A stretch of 64,000 nucleotides of DNA from Anthoceros angustus (taxonomy: Eukaryota; Plantae; Anthocerotophyta). A program made the position numbers and the translations under genes. The DNA is taken from NCBI GenBank assembly GCA_010909165.1, contig MU008161.1:1984001-2048000 (forward strand). Direction: 5' to 3'. Each line of letters starts with the position of its first letter. The first letter of the stretch is position 1. The notes beneath the pieces were generated by a model. That model did no database searches. It was not told the DNA's origin and saw only the letters and a program-made list of their open reading frames with translations. Positions 47,693 to 58,666 of this stretch are shown here, one piece after another.

Positions 47693-50600
47693 ATAGAAGG
47701 CTGTGTGTGTCATTGAGTGGGGACTATTATCTACTCTTTTCTATACAGGTATCGGTCTTGCCTAGGCAGCAAGGCCATTACCTCTATCTCACTACTAAAA
47801 TAGCAGACTCTGTAGTACTCCACACTCTTACCTAAGAAATTACAGGCCTCCTACATCGAGACCTTCCCGTGTGATGTAGAGCAATGACGATGGTCAGGCG
47901 AGCTATGGACACACGAGGTCAATCGACGAATGGCCCCTGACGCGGCGCCGAAGGTAAATGGAATTCCTCACGCATAAGCTTCCTGTAATACCGCCCAACA
48001 AGGAGGCACGGGCACACGGCATACATGCACAAGGGCAACACGGCGAGAAGCTTGCAAGGTCGAGACAAGAGCCAAGCCGCAATGAGCAGGAGGCACTGAC
48101 TGGTTAAATCTGCGTGCCACTACATATAGCGAGGCATGCACTAGAATTGGCACCACTTGAGATTACATATAGCTGAGGCATACCGCTAGAATTGGCACCA
48201 CTTGAAACTACATATATGGGCATGCATGTCCTAATGGCTTAGGCCAAATGGACACACATTTATAAGAACGTACATCTTGAGCTTACATGACGTAGATGGG
48301 GTGCCTAAAAGGAGTGGATGCCCTTGGTGCAAGTAGCTTAGGCATACCATGGTACAAGTTGTTAAAGTACCAAGTCCCATGATGTAAATTGCCCTTAGTG
48401 GACTTAATAAAATTCTTCAACTGCTAGAATTGCTAGAATTGGCACTACTTCAACGTTTTGGCGCTTCAGGAATCCTATGCGCCTACATACTCTAAGTAGC
48501 TTTGCTGCAAAGGCCACATGCTCCAAAATACAAAGCTTCAAGCTTCAATCTAACCACACGAATTCCTCTTCACACCGTCTCGCTTCTTCACCGGCACAGC
48601 ACCTCACATTCACTGTGTGGTGTGTAATTGGATTACATAGGTATGTACGTTTCTAAGCCGTTGCAAACTGCCCCACCCGCAGTGGAGGCAGGCGCCCATT
48701 GGAATGTTGGTTGGAGAAGTTTAATTACCGAAATTGGAGCTAACTACTAGGCTCCGTGGTCGGGGTAGCCCTGGCAACTGCCCCCGGTCGCTGGGGTTCT
48801 GACCCCTGGCAAGCTGTCGGACACGGGTGGCGTGCCTACCTGACCGCCACCGGATCGCCCCAGACGACGCACTCGAACCTGCAGCAGCAGTAGCATTGAA
48901 GTGTTAATACCGCCTGCTGTGCTTGTAGGTGGTGGGAATTATGATCCTCACAGCTACAGCAACAACCTCCTAGGTATTTTGGCACTACTTAGTTAGTTAT
49001 TTAGTAATCTGATGGTTATCAAGCTTCATGAAGCCAATTCACCACCAATGATGTGGCCTTCTCCGAGTGTGTCTTGTGGCTCCAAACGATGCAAGATTTA
49101 AGTTTTACCGCTTCGGTTGGTGGTGGAGGCGTATGTGGCCTCAACATTTAGGTTTTCCTCCCTCGGTTGCTGCAGCTCTCAAGCATAGAGATTACAAGAT
49201 CGATCCTTTCATTGATCTCATTCAAGCAATGAACCATTACTCGGGATTGATATAGGAGGCGCATCTCCTTGCCGGGCAAGGTAAGGCCGTGTTGTTCCGT
49301 GCTGCAATTTGGTTGTTAGGATTCTCCCAACGCAGAAACTGTCTCCTTTCACTAAGAATTTCAGAGAGACCTGTCCTGCCCTGTTCCCTAGCATGGGGTA
49401 CCCAATTTCGATGGGTAGTGACCCTCCGTTGATCACGTTGTGGAGGCGTCCAATTCCTGTGAGAATTGTTATGGGATTGTTCCCTTGGCACCTGTGAAAT
49501 GGGAGGGGCCACGCACCGTGCGCCTCTCCGTCTTCTAGGCATTTTTTAAGTCAGTTGGAGAAGCAGATAGCACGCACGCGATGCGCAGCATCATAGGCAT
49601 TGGCAAATCAGGCATCCAGAGATCATGGACATTCAGAGCCCATACATCTGCCTATTCTGAGACCAAGTGGCAAAGCAAAAGTCGTACGAGACTTGCACAC
49701 GATGCTTTGCATAATTGAAGTAACTAGAAATACAAACAAAACTGTCTTATGTCTTTCACGAAACGCTAAAATCCTATGCCTAATTTAGTGGGCTAGAGTT
49801 GCACTCTTTCACAATAGAAGACGCGTGTGTGTGTCATTGAGCTGTGGGGACTATTATCTACTCTTTTCTCATGTATCGGTCTTGCCTAGGCGCAAGGCCA
49901 TTACCTCTATCTCACTACTAAAATGCAGACTGTAGTACTCCACACTCTTACCTAAGAAATTACAGCCTCCTACATCGAGACCTTCCCTGTGATGTAGAGC
50001 AATGACGATGGTCGCGAGCTATGGACACGGTCAATCACGCCATGGCCTCTGGCGAGAAGACGCCACGAAGGTAAATGGAATTCCTCACGCATAGCAAGCT
50101 TCCTGTAATACCGCCCAACAAGGAGGCACCGCACACGGCATACATGCACAAGGGCAACAGAAGCTTGCAAGGTCGAGACAAGAGCCTCGAAGCCGCAATG
50201 AGCAGGAGGCACTGACTGGTTCGGTCTTCAGGCCACTACATATAGCGAGGCATGCGGCTAGAATTGGCACCACTTGAGATTACATATAGCTGAGGCATAC
50301 GCTAGAATTGGCACCACTTGAAACTACATATAGCGGGGCATGCATGTCCTAATGGCTTAGGCCAAATGGACACACATTTATAAGAGCATCTTGAGCTTAC
50401 ATCGGTACGTAGATGGGGTGCCTAAAAGGAGTGGATGCCCTTGGTGCAAGTAGCTTAGGCATACCATGGTACAAGTTGTTAAAGTACCAAGTCCCATGAT
50501 GTAAATTGTCCTTAGTGGACTTAATAAAATTCTTCAACTGCTAGAATTGCTAGAATTGGCACTACTTCAACGTTTTGGCGCGCTTCAGGAATCCTATGCG

Positions 50601-53060
50601 CCTACATACTCTAAGTAGCTTTGCTGCAAAGGCCACATGCTCCAAAATACAAAGCTTCAAGCTTCAATCTAACCACACGAATTCCTCTTCACACCGTCTC
50701 GCTTCTTCACCGGCACAGCACCTCACATTCACTGTGTGGTGTGTAATTGGATTACATAGGTATGTACGTTTCTAAGCCGTTGCAAACTGCCCCACCCGCA
50801 GTGGAGGCAGGCGCCCATTGGAATGTTGGTTGGAGAAGTTTAATTACCGAAATTGGAGCTAACTACTACTAGGCTCCGTGGTCGGGGTAGCCCTGGCAAC
50901 TGCCCCCGGTCGCTGGGGTTCTGACCCCTGGCAAGCTGTCGGACACGGGTGGCGTGCCTACCTGACCGCCACAAAGAACAACCTCCTAGGTATTTTGGCA
51001 CTACTTAGTTAGTTATTTAGTAATCAGATGGTTATCAAGCTTCACATGAAGCCAATTCACCACCAATGATGTGGCCTTCTCCGACAGTGTGTCTTGTGGC
51101 TCCAAACGATGCAAGATTTAAGTTTTACCGCTTCGGCCGTGGTGGAGGCGTATGTGGCCTCAACATTTAGGTTTTCCTCCCTCGGTTGCTGCAGCTCTCA
51201 AGCATAGAGATTACAAGATCGATCCTTTCATTGATCTCATTCAAGCAATGAACCATTACTCGGGATTGATATAGGGAGGCGCATCTCCTTGCCTCGGGCA
51301 AGGTAAGGCCGTGTTGTTCCGTGCTGCAATTTGGTTGTTAGGATTCTCCCAACGCAAACCGCTCCTTCACTAAGAATTTCAGAGACCCCCGCCCTGTTCC
51401 CTAGCATGGGGTACCCACTGGCGGGTAGTGACCTCCGCTGATCACGCTAGGAGGCGCCCAATTCCTGAGAATTGTTATGGGATTGTTCCCTTGGCACTGT
51501 GAAATGGGAGGGGCCACGCACCGCGCGCCTCCGCCTTCTAGGCATTTTTTAAGTCAGTTGGAGAAGCAGATAGCACGCACGCGATGCGCAGCATCATAGG
51601 CATTGGCAAATCAGGCATCCAGAGATCATGGACATTCAGAGCCCATACATCTGCCTATTCTGAGACCAAGTGGCAAAGCAAAAGTCGTACGAGACTTGCA
51701 CACGATGCTTTGCATAATTGAAGTAACTAGAAATACAAACAAAACTGTCTTATGTCTTTCACGAAACGTCGCTAAAATCCTATGCCTAATTTAGTGGGCT
51801 AGAGTTGCACTCTTTCACAATAGAAGACGCGTGTGTGTGTCATTGAGCTGTGGGGACTATTATCTACTCTTTTCTATACAGGTATCGGTCTTGCCTAGGC
51901 AGCAAGGCCATTACCTCTATCTCACTACTAAAACAGCAGACTCTGTAGTACTCCACACTCTTACCTAAGAAATTACAGGCCTCCTACATCGAGACCTTCC
52001 CGTGTGATGTAGAGCAATGACGATGGTCAGGCGAGCTATGGACACACGAGGGTCAATCGACGCAATGGCCTACAGTGACGCGAGAAGACGCCACGAAGGT
52101 AAATGGAATTCCTCACGCATAGCAAGCTTCCTGTAATACCGCCCAACAAGGAGGCACCGGGCACACGGCATACATGCACAAGGGCAACACGGCGAGAAGC
52201 TTGCAAGGTCGAGACACAAGAGCCTCGAAGCCTCAAGAATGAGCAGGAGGCACACTGCAAAGGTCGGCGTGCCACTACATATAGCAGAGGCATGCAGCTA
52301 GAATTGGCACCACTTGAGATTACATATAGCTGAGGCATACTGCTAGAATTGGCACCACTTGAAACTACATATAGCGGGGGCATGCATGTCCTAATGGCTT
52401 AGGCCAAATGGACACACATTTATAAGAACGTACATCTTGAGCTTACATCGGTACGTAGATGGGGTGCCTAAAAGGAGTGGATGCCCTTGGTGCAAGTAGC
52501 TTAGGCATACCATGGTACAAGTTGTTAAAGTACCAAGTCCCATGACAGAAATTCGTCCTTAGTGGACTTAATAAAATTCTTCAACTTCTGCTAGAATTGC
52601 TAGAATTGGCACTACTTCAACGTTTTGGCGCGCTTCAGGAATCCTATGCGCCTACATACTCTAAGTAGCTTTGCTGCAAAGGCCACATGCTCCAAAATAC
52701 AAAGCTTCAAGCTTCAATCTAACCACACGAATTCCTCTTCACACCGTCTCGCTTCTTCACCGGCACAGCACCTCACATTCACTGTGTGGTGTGTAATTGG
52801 ATTACATAGGTATGTACGTTTCTAAGCCGTTGCAAACTGCCCCACCCGCAGTGGAGGCAGGCGCCCATTGGAATGTTGGTTGGAGAGAAGTTTAATTACC
52901 GAAATTGGAGCTAACTACTAGGCTCCGTGGTCGGGGGTAGCCCTGGCAACTGCCCCCGGTCGCTAGGGTTCTGACCCCTGGGCAAGCTGTCGGACACGGG
53001 TGGCGTGCCTACCCGACCGCCACCGGATCGCCCCAGACGACGCACTCGAACCTGCAGCAG
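46775..53060. repeat. Triple direct tandem of a ~2.1 kb unit (copia leader, 5' LTR and flank)
   Basis: caacctcctaggtattttggcactac occurs at ~46834, 48964 and 50980. LTR copies at ~47534, 49659 and 51661. Confidence 0.95.
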
Positions 53061-53206
53061 CAGTAGCAACAGCACCGAGCAGGCAGCAGCTCAATCACCG
53101 TCTTAAGCATGGAAGCCTTGAGAAGGAAGAGAACTAGGAGCACTCGCTCGCTGGCACTTGGCCTGATTCTCTGCAGAAACGCTAGGCCAGTGTGCAATAC
53201 ACGTTT

Positions 53207-53486
53207 TCAGCGGATAAAGGATGACTGTGCAACATCGCAAACCTGGTGACGCCAATGCTCATGTTCCAACCCCGCACTGGCAAGCTCGGTGCTGCCGGAA
53301 CCTGCAATGCAATCAAGAACGGCATTCGGTTTGCTACATGAATTCCAAGTTGTTCCCCTGATGGAAGTGCGGAAGGAGATCCATCTTAAACGCACCGTCC
53401 GCTTGTGTTGAGGCAATTGTGAGGAGAGTGAGAAGCATGAGAATCAACCGCAGAAGAAGAGATGTGCAGCCCTTGCCCTTGTCCAT
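53207..53486 (-). pseudogene. MDKGKG family copy 2 (frameshifted after ~50 aa)
   Basis: MDKGKGCTSLLLRLILMLLTLLTIASTQADGAFKMDLLPHFHQGNNLEFM*. The homologous AVLDCIAGSGSTELASAGLEHEHW continues in another frame. Confidence 0.4.
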
Positions 53487-54251
53487 GCCGCTGGCTAGTT
53501 TCGGTCTCGGATTTTTAGTGTGACACTTTCTCAGCAGTGGAAGCGCTGCCTGTTGATATCGGAGACCAGGGAAGATGTCCAATGCCGAGGATTCTTGGAC
53601 AGACGTGTGCAGAGACTATGTCTCTGCCCCGGCAGCTCTCCTCTGACCTGTTCTCTGCACCAGAGACTTTTCCTTTCAAGATTAGCAAGGTGAGACAGTC
53701 TAGACTCAGCCGGCGGACCGTGTGGGCCTGTGCATGAAAGCATTGCTGCTGACGTCGTTCATCAGGCATCTTTTGGGTAGGAAATCGTCTTCAGACGGCC
53801 GTAAGCAAGTCTCCGTGACTGTGCACTGCGGACTTGCTCATTTTGTTCGTTTGTGACACAGTCTTCACGGTAATGCCAAAACTGAAATAACATGACCGCA
53901 ATCCCACAGCCGAGGGCTTGCCACAAGTTTGTGTGCAATAATTCTGTGAGTGAGATGTGTCATGAAAATTGCTCTCCAGATTCCCGACCTTTCGAGGAAT
54001 ACATCAAGCGCATGAGATCAACCATCGGCACGCTAACTGCAGATGCGCTTCATCTGGCGCAAAGGAAAAGCGGAGGCAACCAAAGTAAAGCCTCTTTCGA
54101 AGTTCCGACGAGTCAGGCTGCTACCCCAGTTAGCACGTTTCACAATACAAGGTAGACGTATTCTACTCCCGCGTATTCGGGGTCTTTCACGTCTCAATTT
54201 GTGGAGAGCTCGAGTTCTCAGATTCGGCACGCACAAGCAGCAGCGGCTTAT

Positions 54252-54746
54252 ATGTCGTCGGACCTCGTTGCGTGCTATTTTGTGAAAGAGGATATGCGAT
54301 CGCAGATTGGATCAGCTACCTTCTGATTAGTCAGGCGACAAAGTCATTCGCAGGTCGGTGGAGAGATGCCCTCATCCAGATGCGGCAGCGGGGGCACCTC
54401 CCCCTGGAGATCCGTCCTATGCCTAGAGAGTATCTCTAGTCATCCCCCTCGGCAAGGTAGAGTGATAGCTCGGAAAGTCCCCCAACGATGCTTGTCCTGA
54501 TAGGTCACTGATATGACAGTTTTGTTGAGCCTTCCTGAAGACTCAACAAAACTGTTGTCACGTGTTGAAGGATTGCGCATTAGGTTTTCTCAGTGGCTTA
54601 CACTTACTTGGCTGTTCTTTCCCGTGTACTGCAGGCCTGCAAGCTGCAGAAACAGCTCGAGCAATGGCAACTGATGCATCCTGGTCTGCAAGAGATTATG
54701 CAGCTTGCAAGCAGCTTCTCTCAGCCTGTGAAAGCATCGAGTGCAG
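54252..54746 (+). pseudogene. SYP61: Syntaxin-6/SYP61 N-terminal fragment (exons 1-2, degenerate)
   Basis: Degenerate MSS..YFVKED exon 1. Exon 2 reads KLQKQLEQWQLMHPG..(A)KQLLSACESIE.Q followed by a GTGAGA donor. Confidence 0.7.
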
Positions 54747-55264
54747 GTGAGACATTTTTCCCTCTCCTTGTTTTGCCTGGAGCTTAGCATCTTCCTAGGA
54801 GATTCTTATGACGGCTTTGGACTGCCATCTACATGTTCTAGGGTGTGGCTTGCTGTGTACAGTCTAGTCAGTTTGCTGCCTGGTGGTAGCGAACTGGGGA
54901 AATTCCTTGGTAGGTCTGAGTGATAAGGGGGTCCAGATGTCTTCCTGCTAGTCCAGCTTTTGAAATGAATTGGGCTAATTGCAGATTTCTCCGAGGCAGA
55001 GCCCTGCCGTTCCCTGTTGCTGAGGGGCGGGGTGTAGGGGTGGGAAGGTGGATGAACTTGATAGGGCCATTATCGTGCAGAGAAAGATCCAGCAAAGTTC
55101 AGTGTGGATGCTACTGACGTTGGCCGCAGACGAAAATACACAAGCTCTACTTGTGCTCTGGTGAGCCCAAGCTGTTTCAAGTATGCATGATTGCTGTGTT
55201 GCATATGCACTTAGTTCGGTGTTTTTTTATCAGGTTTCAACGGGTTTTTTTATCAGGTTTCAAC

Positions 55265-55860
55265 GGTGAGGGAAGGCTGTGCAAGCCGCTACCTTGAGAA
55301 AAAGTGCTGCGGCTACCAACCGATGCTTTGCGGGAACTGAAAGACATTGCTCGTCGTTTGGTACTCAAGTGTACTCAGGGTTCGGGTATTGTTATATCAT
55401 CACATGTATTATGTGACTTTTAGGATGTGCCAGTATGATGTTTTCCAGCAGAGCCTTTCACTGCAGCTTAACCTGCTGGCAGTTGAGGAAGTATGAGGTT
55501 GCTGAGCAGCTCTTGGCTGAAAGATTAACAATGGCAGCAACATGTTTTGCAGGCTAGATTTCTGGCACATTTTGGGCATCAAATCTCCCCAGAGTTGAAC
55601 GATTCGTAATCTTCTGCAATGCAGGGCTCGACTGCTTTCAACTGTGGTCCTTGGAATATGGCAGGACCGGATGTCAAAGTTGTCTTGTATTGTTTGTATC
55701 ACTGGTATTAAACTGGACAGGATGTCAAGCGGCTTCAGGATGTTGCGTCTTGACATCCTGTCCAGTTTCAGAAGACTCGTGTGTGTGTCACGAGCTGTAC
55801 GGACCTTGCATCCTTTTCATTGGATGTAATCTAGAACTGGCAATGCAATTGGACTAGAAG
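55265..55860 (+). pseudogene. Second intron-containing DnaJ-TPR gene fragment
   Basis: Aligns to ~37380-37600 and 38025-38170 (atcaaatctccccagagtt..acgattcg) and to the 3' UTR at 39797. Confidence 0.85.
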
Positions 55861-56277
55861 AAGAAGAGAAATATATTATACTCCCATTGGACTACCTGTA
55901 CAGATACGTACGTTTGCAAGCGGTTGCTAACTTGTCCCAGGCGCTGTGAAGACGTCCAGTGCCATGTCCGCTGGAGAGAATTGTCGTTGCTGAAATCAGG
56001 CAGGCGGAGGCGGCGCCCCTGGCTCCACCTCGTGCTCGGGACCCCCGTATTGGGATCCGCTTTGGGGCAAGCTGCGCTGCGCGGGTGGCGTCTCTGTCGG
56101 ATTCGCACTGGATCGGCCCAGCTGACGCACTTGGACCTGCGGCAGCAGCAGCGAGCAATCACCGCCTTTACTAACCCTGGCAGCCTTGGGAAGGACGAGG
56201 TCTACGACCTCTCGCTCGCGGGAAATTATCCTGTAGATTCTTCGCAAGAACTCTAAGGCAGAGTGCCATTTACTTTT

Positions 56278-56598
56278 TTAGCGATTGAGCGATGTCGAAC
56301 ATCGCACCTGGTGACGGTCGCTCAAGGGTTGGTGCTGCCGATGCTCATGCTTCAATCCCGCACTGGCAAGCTCGTTGCTGCCGGATCCTGCAATGCAATC
56401 AAGGACGGCACAAGGTCCTCTTAGCATGAATTTCAAGTTGCTCAGCAGATTGAATTCCAAGTTGCTCAGCAGATAGAAGTGCGGAAGGAGATCCATCTGA
56501 AGCGCACCGTCCGCTTCTGTCGAAACGAGGGTGAGGAGTGTGAGAAGCATGAGCATCAACAGCAGAAGAAGAGACTTGCAGCCCTTGCCCTTGTCCAT
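56278..56598 (-). CDS. MDKGKG family copy 3, putative small secreted protein (106 aa)
   Basis: MDKGKGCKSLLLLLMLMLLTLLTLVSTEADGALQMD...; an in-frame 24 bp internal duplication (LLSNLEFN/LLSNLKFM). Confidence 0.4.
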   Translation of the reverse strand: MDKGKGCKSLLLLLMLMLLTLLTLVSTEADGALQMDLLPHFYLLSNLEFNLLSNLKFMLRGPCAVLDCIAGSGSNELASAGLKHEHRQHQPLSDRHQVRCSTSLNR

Positions 56599-57411
56599 GC
56601 CGGCTGGCTAGTTTCGGTCTCGGATTTCAGTGTGACACTTCCAAGTCAGTGGATACTGGATAGCACTGCTTGATATCGAACACCTGTGGATATGGCCGGT
56701 GCGGTTGTGGATTCTTGCACAGAAGTGCAAGACAGTGTCCTCGGCAGCTCTCTTTTGATCAGGTGGCCAAAGCGGCTTCATACCTCTTCTGCACCAGAAA
56801 TGTTTCCTTGCAAGCTAAGAAAGGTGTGACAGTCGAGACTCAAGTCGCCGCACCGTGTGTGGTCACACACGGTGCTGCCTTGCTCCTTTTGTGACTCTTT
56901 CGTGACACTGCGGAGACCAAGGGCAAGATTTTTAGGACCGCTTGACTGTGGAGTTCCGATGAACCCATGTCTCACTCCTTGAAGGGAGGACTCTGTGACT
57001 CCTTTCGTGCCAAGTCGTGTGAGTGGTGACAAAACGGCATAAAGCATGCGCGATTGACAGCCGCGCGCGGTCCAGCCACAAGTTTGTGCGCAGTAACATT
57101 CTGTGTGATAGATGTGTGACGAAAATTTCTCTTCAGATCCCAGACCTTCCGATCAAGAGATCAAGCAAATCCGACCAAGTCACTGCACTGCTCGCTCGTC
57201 GGCACGCTAACTACAGCTGTGCTTCTCGCGCAAAGAGAAGGCGGAGGAACCGAGCTAATGCCTCGTCCGACAAAGCCAGGCTTGTTAGTTACCACGTTTC
57301 ACAATCAAACGGAGACGTACTTTACTCCCGCGTATTAGGGTTTCTACAAGTCTCATTTTGTGCAGAGCTGGAGCTCTCGGATCCGGCACGCAACAGGCAT
57401 CAGCGGCAGCG

Positions 57412-57643
57412 ATGTCGTCGGCCCCCGATCCCTTCTACCTTGTGAAAGAGGAGATACAGGATTCGGTGAGTACGTCTGTATTTACTGTTGAAGGATTGCT
57501 GGTTAAGTTTTTCTCAGTGGCTAACACTTGGCTGTTCTTTCCCGTGCTCTGTAGGCCAGCAAGCTGCAGAAAACAGTTCGAGCAACGGCAGCAGATGCAT
57601 CCTGGTCTGCAAGAGACTATGCAGCTGGCAAAGCAGCTTCTTC
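57412..57643 (+). pseudogene. SYP61: Syntaxin-6/SYP61 N-terminal fragment (exon 1, intron, partial exon 2), truncated by an AT-rich insertion
   Basis: MSSAPDPFYLVKEEIQDS|gtgagt...gtag|ASKLQK..FEQRQQMHPGLQETMQLAKQLL closely matches the SYP61 start MSSAQDPFYIVKEEIQDS. Confidence 0.8.
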
Positions 57644-58104
57644 AAAATATTAATATTTTGTTAATATTTACATGATGTGGCGACTCGTGCAAGGGAACGC
57701 GACATGCCGGTGACATGACCCATTGGGCATTTTTCAGTAATTTGACATTTGGTAAGCTAAAAAAGATAATGAATAAAAAGATAGTCTGAGAAAAAGATAA
57801 ATTTTGTTTTATGGAAGAAATTTTGATGATTTCGTATAGCAGAAAGTGATGTGAGGTGAATGAAATTTGGTTTTTGAATGGAATTTAATTTTATCCTTCA
57901 CTTCAAGTTTACGATATCTTCTAATTCGTCGGAACTACCACTTCAAAACATTCAAGACTTTCCTTGGATATGTCATGCAATCCTCCAAATATATTATTTT
58001 AATTAAAAATATTTTAATATTCTCTACATATACATAACATATATATATACACATACTGGTGCCACTGGGATCATTGTTCCATGCTCTACCCGTAACACTA
58101 GCTC

Positions 58105-58322
58105 GGGAGGCTTGGTTGAATGACTTAGATCTTTTTAGATTTTTCATTTAGATGTGGTCAGGAGGCTTGGTTGAATGACTTAGACCTTTAGATTTTTCAT
58201 TTACATGTGGTCAAGAGGCTTGGTTGAATGACTTAGATCCCTTTAGATTTTTTATTTAGATGTGGTCAGGAGGCTTGACGGAATGACTTAGATCTTTTTA
58301 GATTTTTCACTTCAATGTGGTG
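58105..58322. repeat. ~54 bp tandem repeat x4 within an AT-rich insertion (57645-58660)
   Basis: gaggcttggttgaatgacttagat..tttagatttttcatttagatgtggtca units. Confidence 0.9.
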
Positions 58323-58666
58323 GCCATTTGTGCGAGGTTGCACTGAGGATGTATCTCCCTCTGACGGCCTTGTGCGTTTTGGTTTTCACTTTTGTCTAGA
58401 GCCTATTGTGTTGTCTATCATATGTTCATAAAACACTGGACATAAGATAAAAAAATTTATCTATCATTTATCGTATTTTATCATCATGTTAATTATAAAT
58501 ATATCTCAAACAACCAACACATTTTAATACTTCTGAACAAATTGCTGAAATCGTGTCGACAATTTCTTTACAGCCTAAATGTTGTAAGACAATCACTTAG
58601 CCTCGTTTTCCTCTCCTTACAAAATTATACTTCGTCACTCACGATATTAAATATTCCCCCTCCATA

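Larger units (their letters stand above)
52995..55870. repeat. Chimeric module copy 2 (most complete)
   Basis: Contains the signal-peptide ORF, SYP61 exons 1-2, a spacer, DnaJ-TPR exon/intron fragments and a 3' UTR piece matching 39797-39920. Confidence 0.8.

Noticed and set aside
43684-47697. Intact full-length copia insertion with TSD
   Set aside because: The flanks TCCGG and ATAGA differ, the LTR ends diverge, and the internal region is deleted and frameshifted.
47051-52825. Recurrent short ORFs (MANQASRDHG..., MARFRNPMRL..., MPRRRRGARC...)
   Set aside because: These are repeated only because of the triple tandem of LTR, leader and flank DNA; there is no coding signature.
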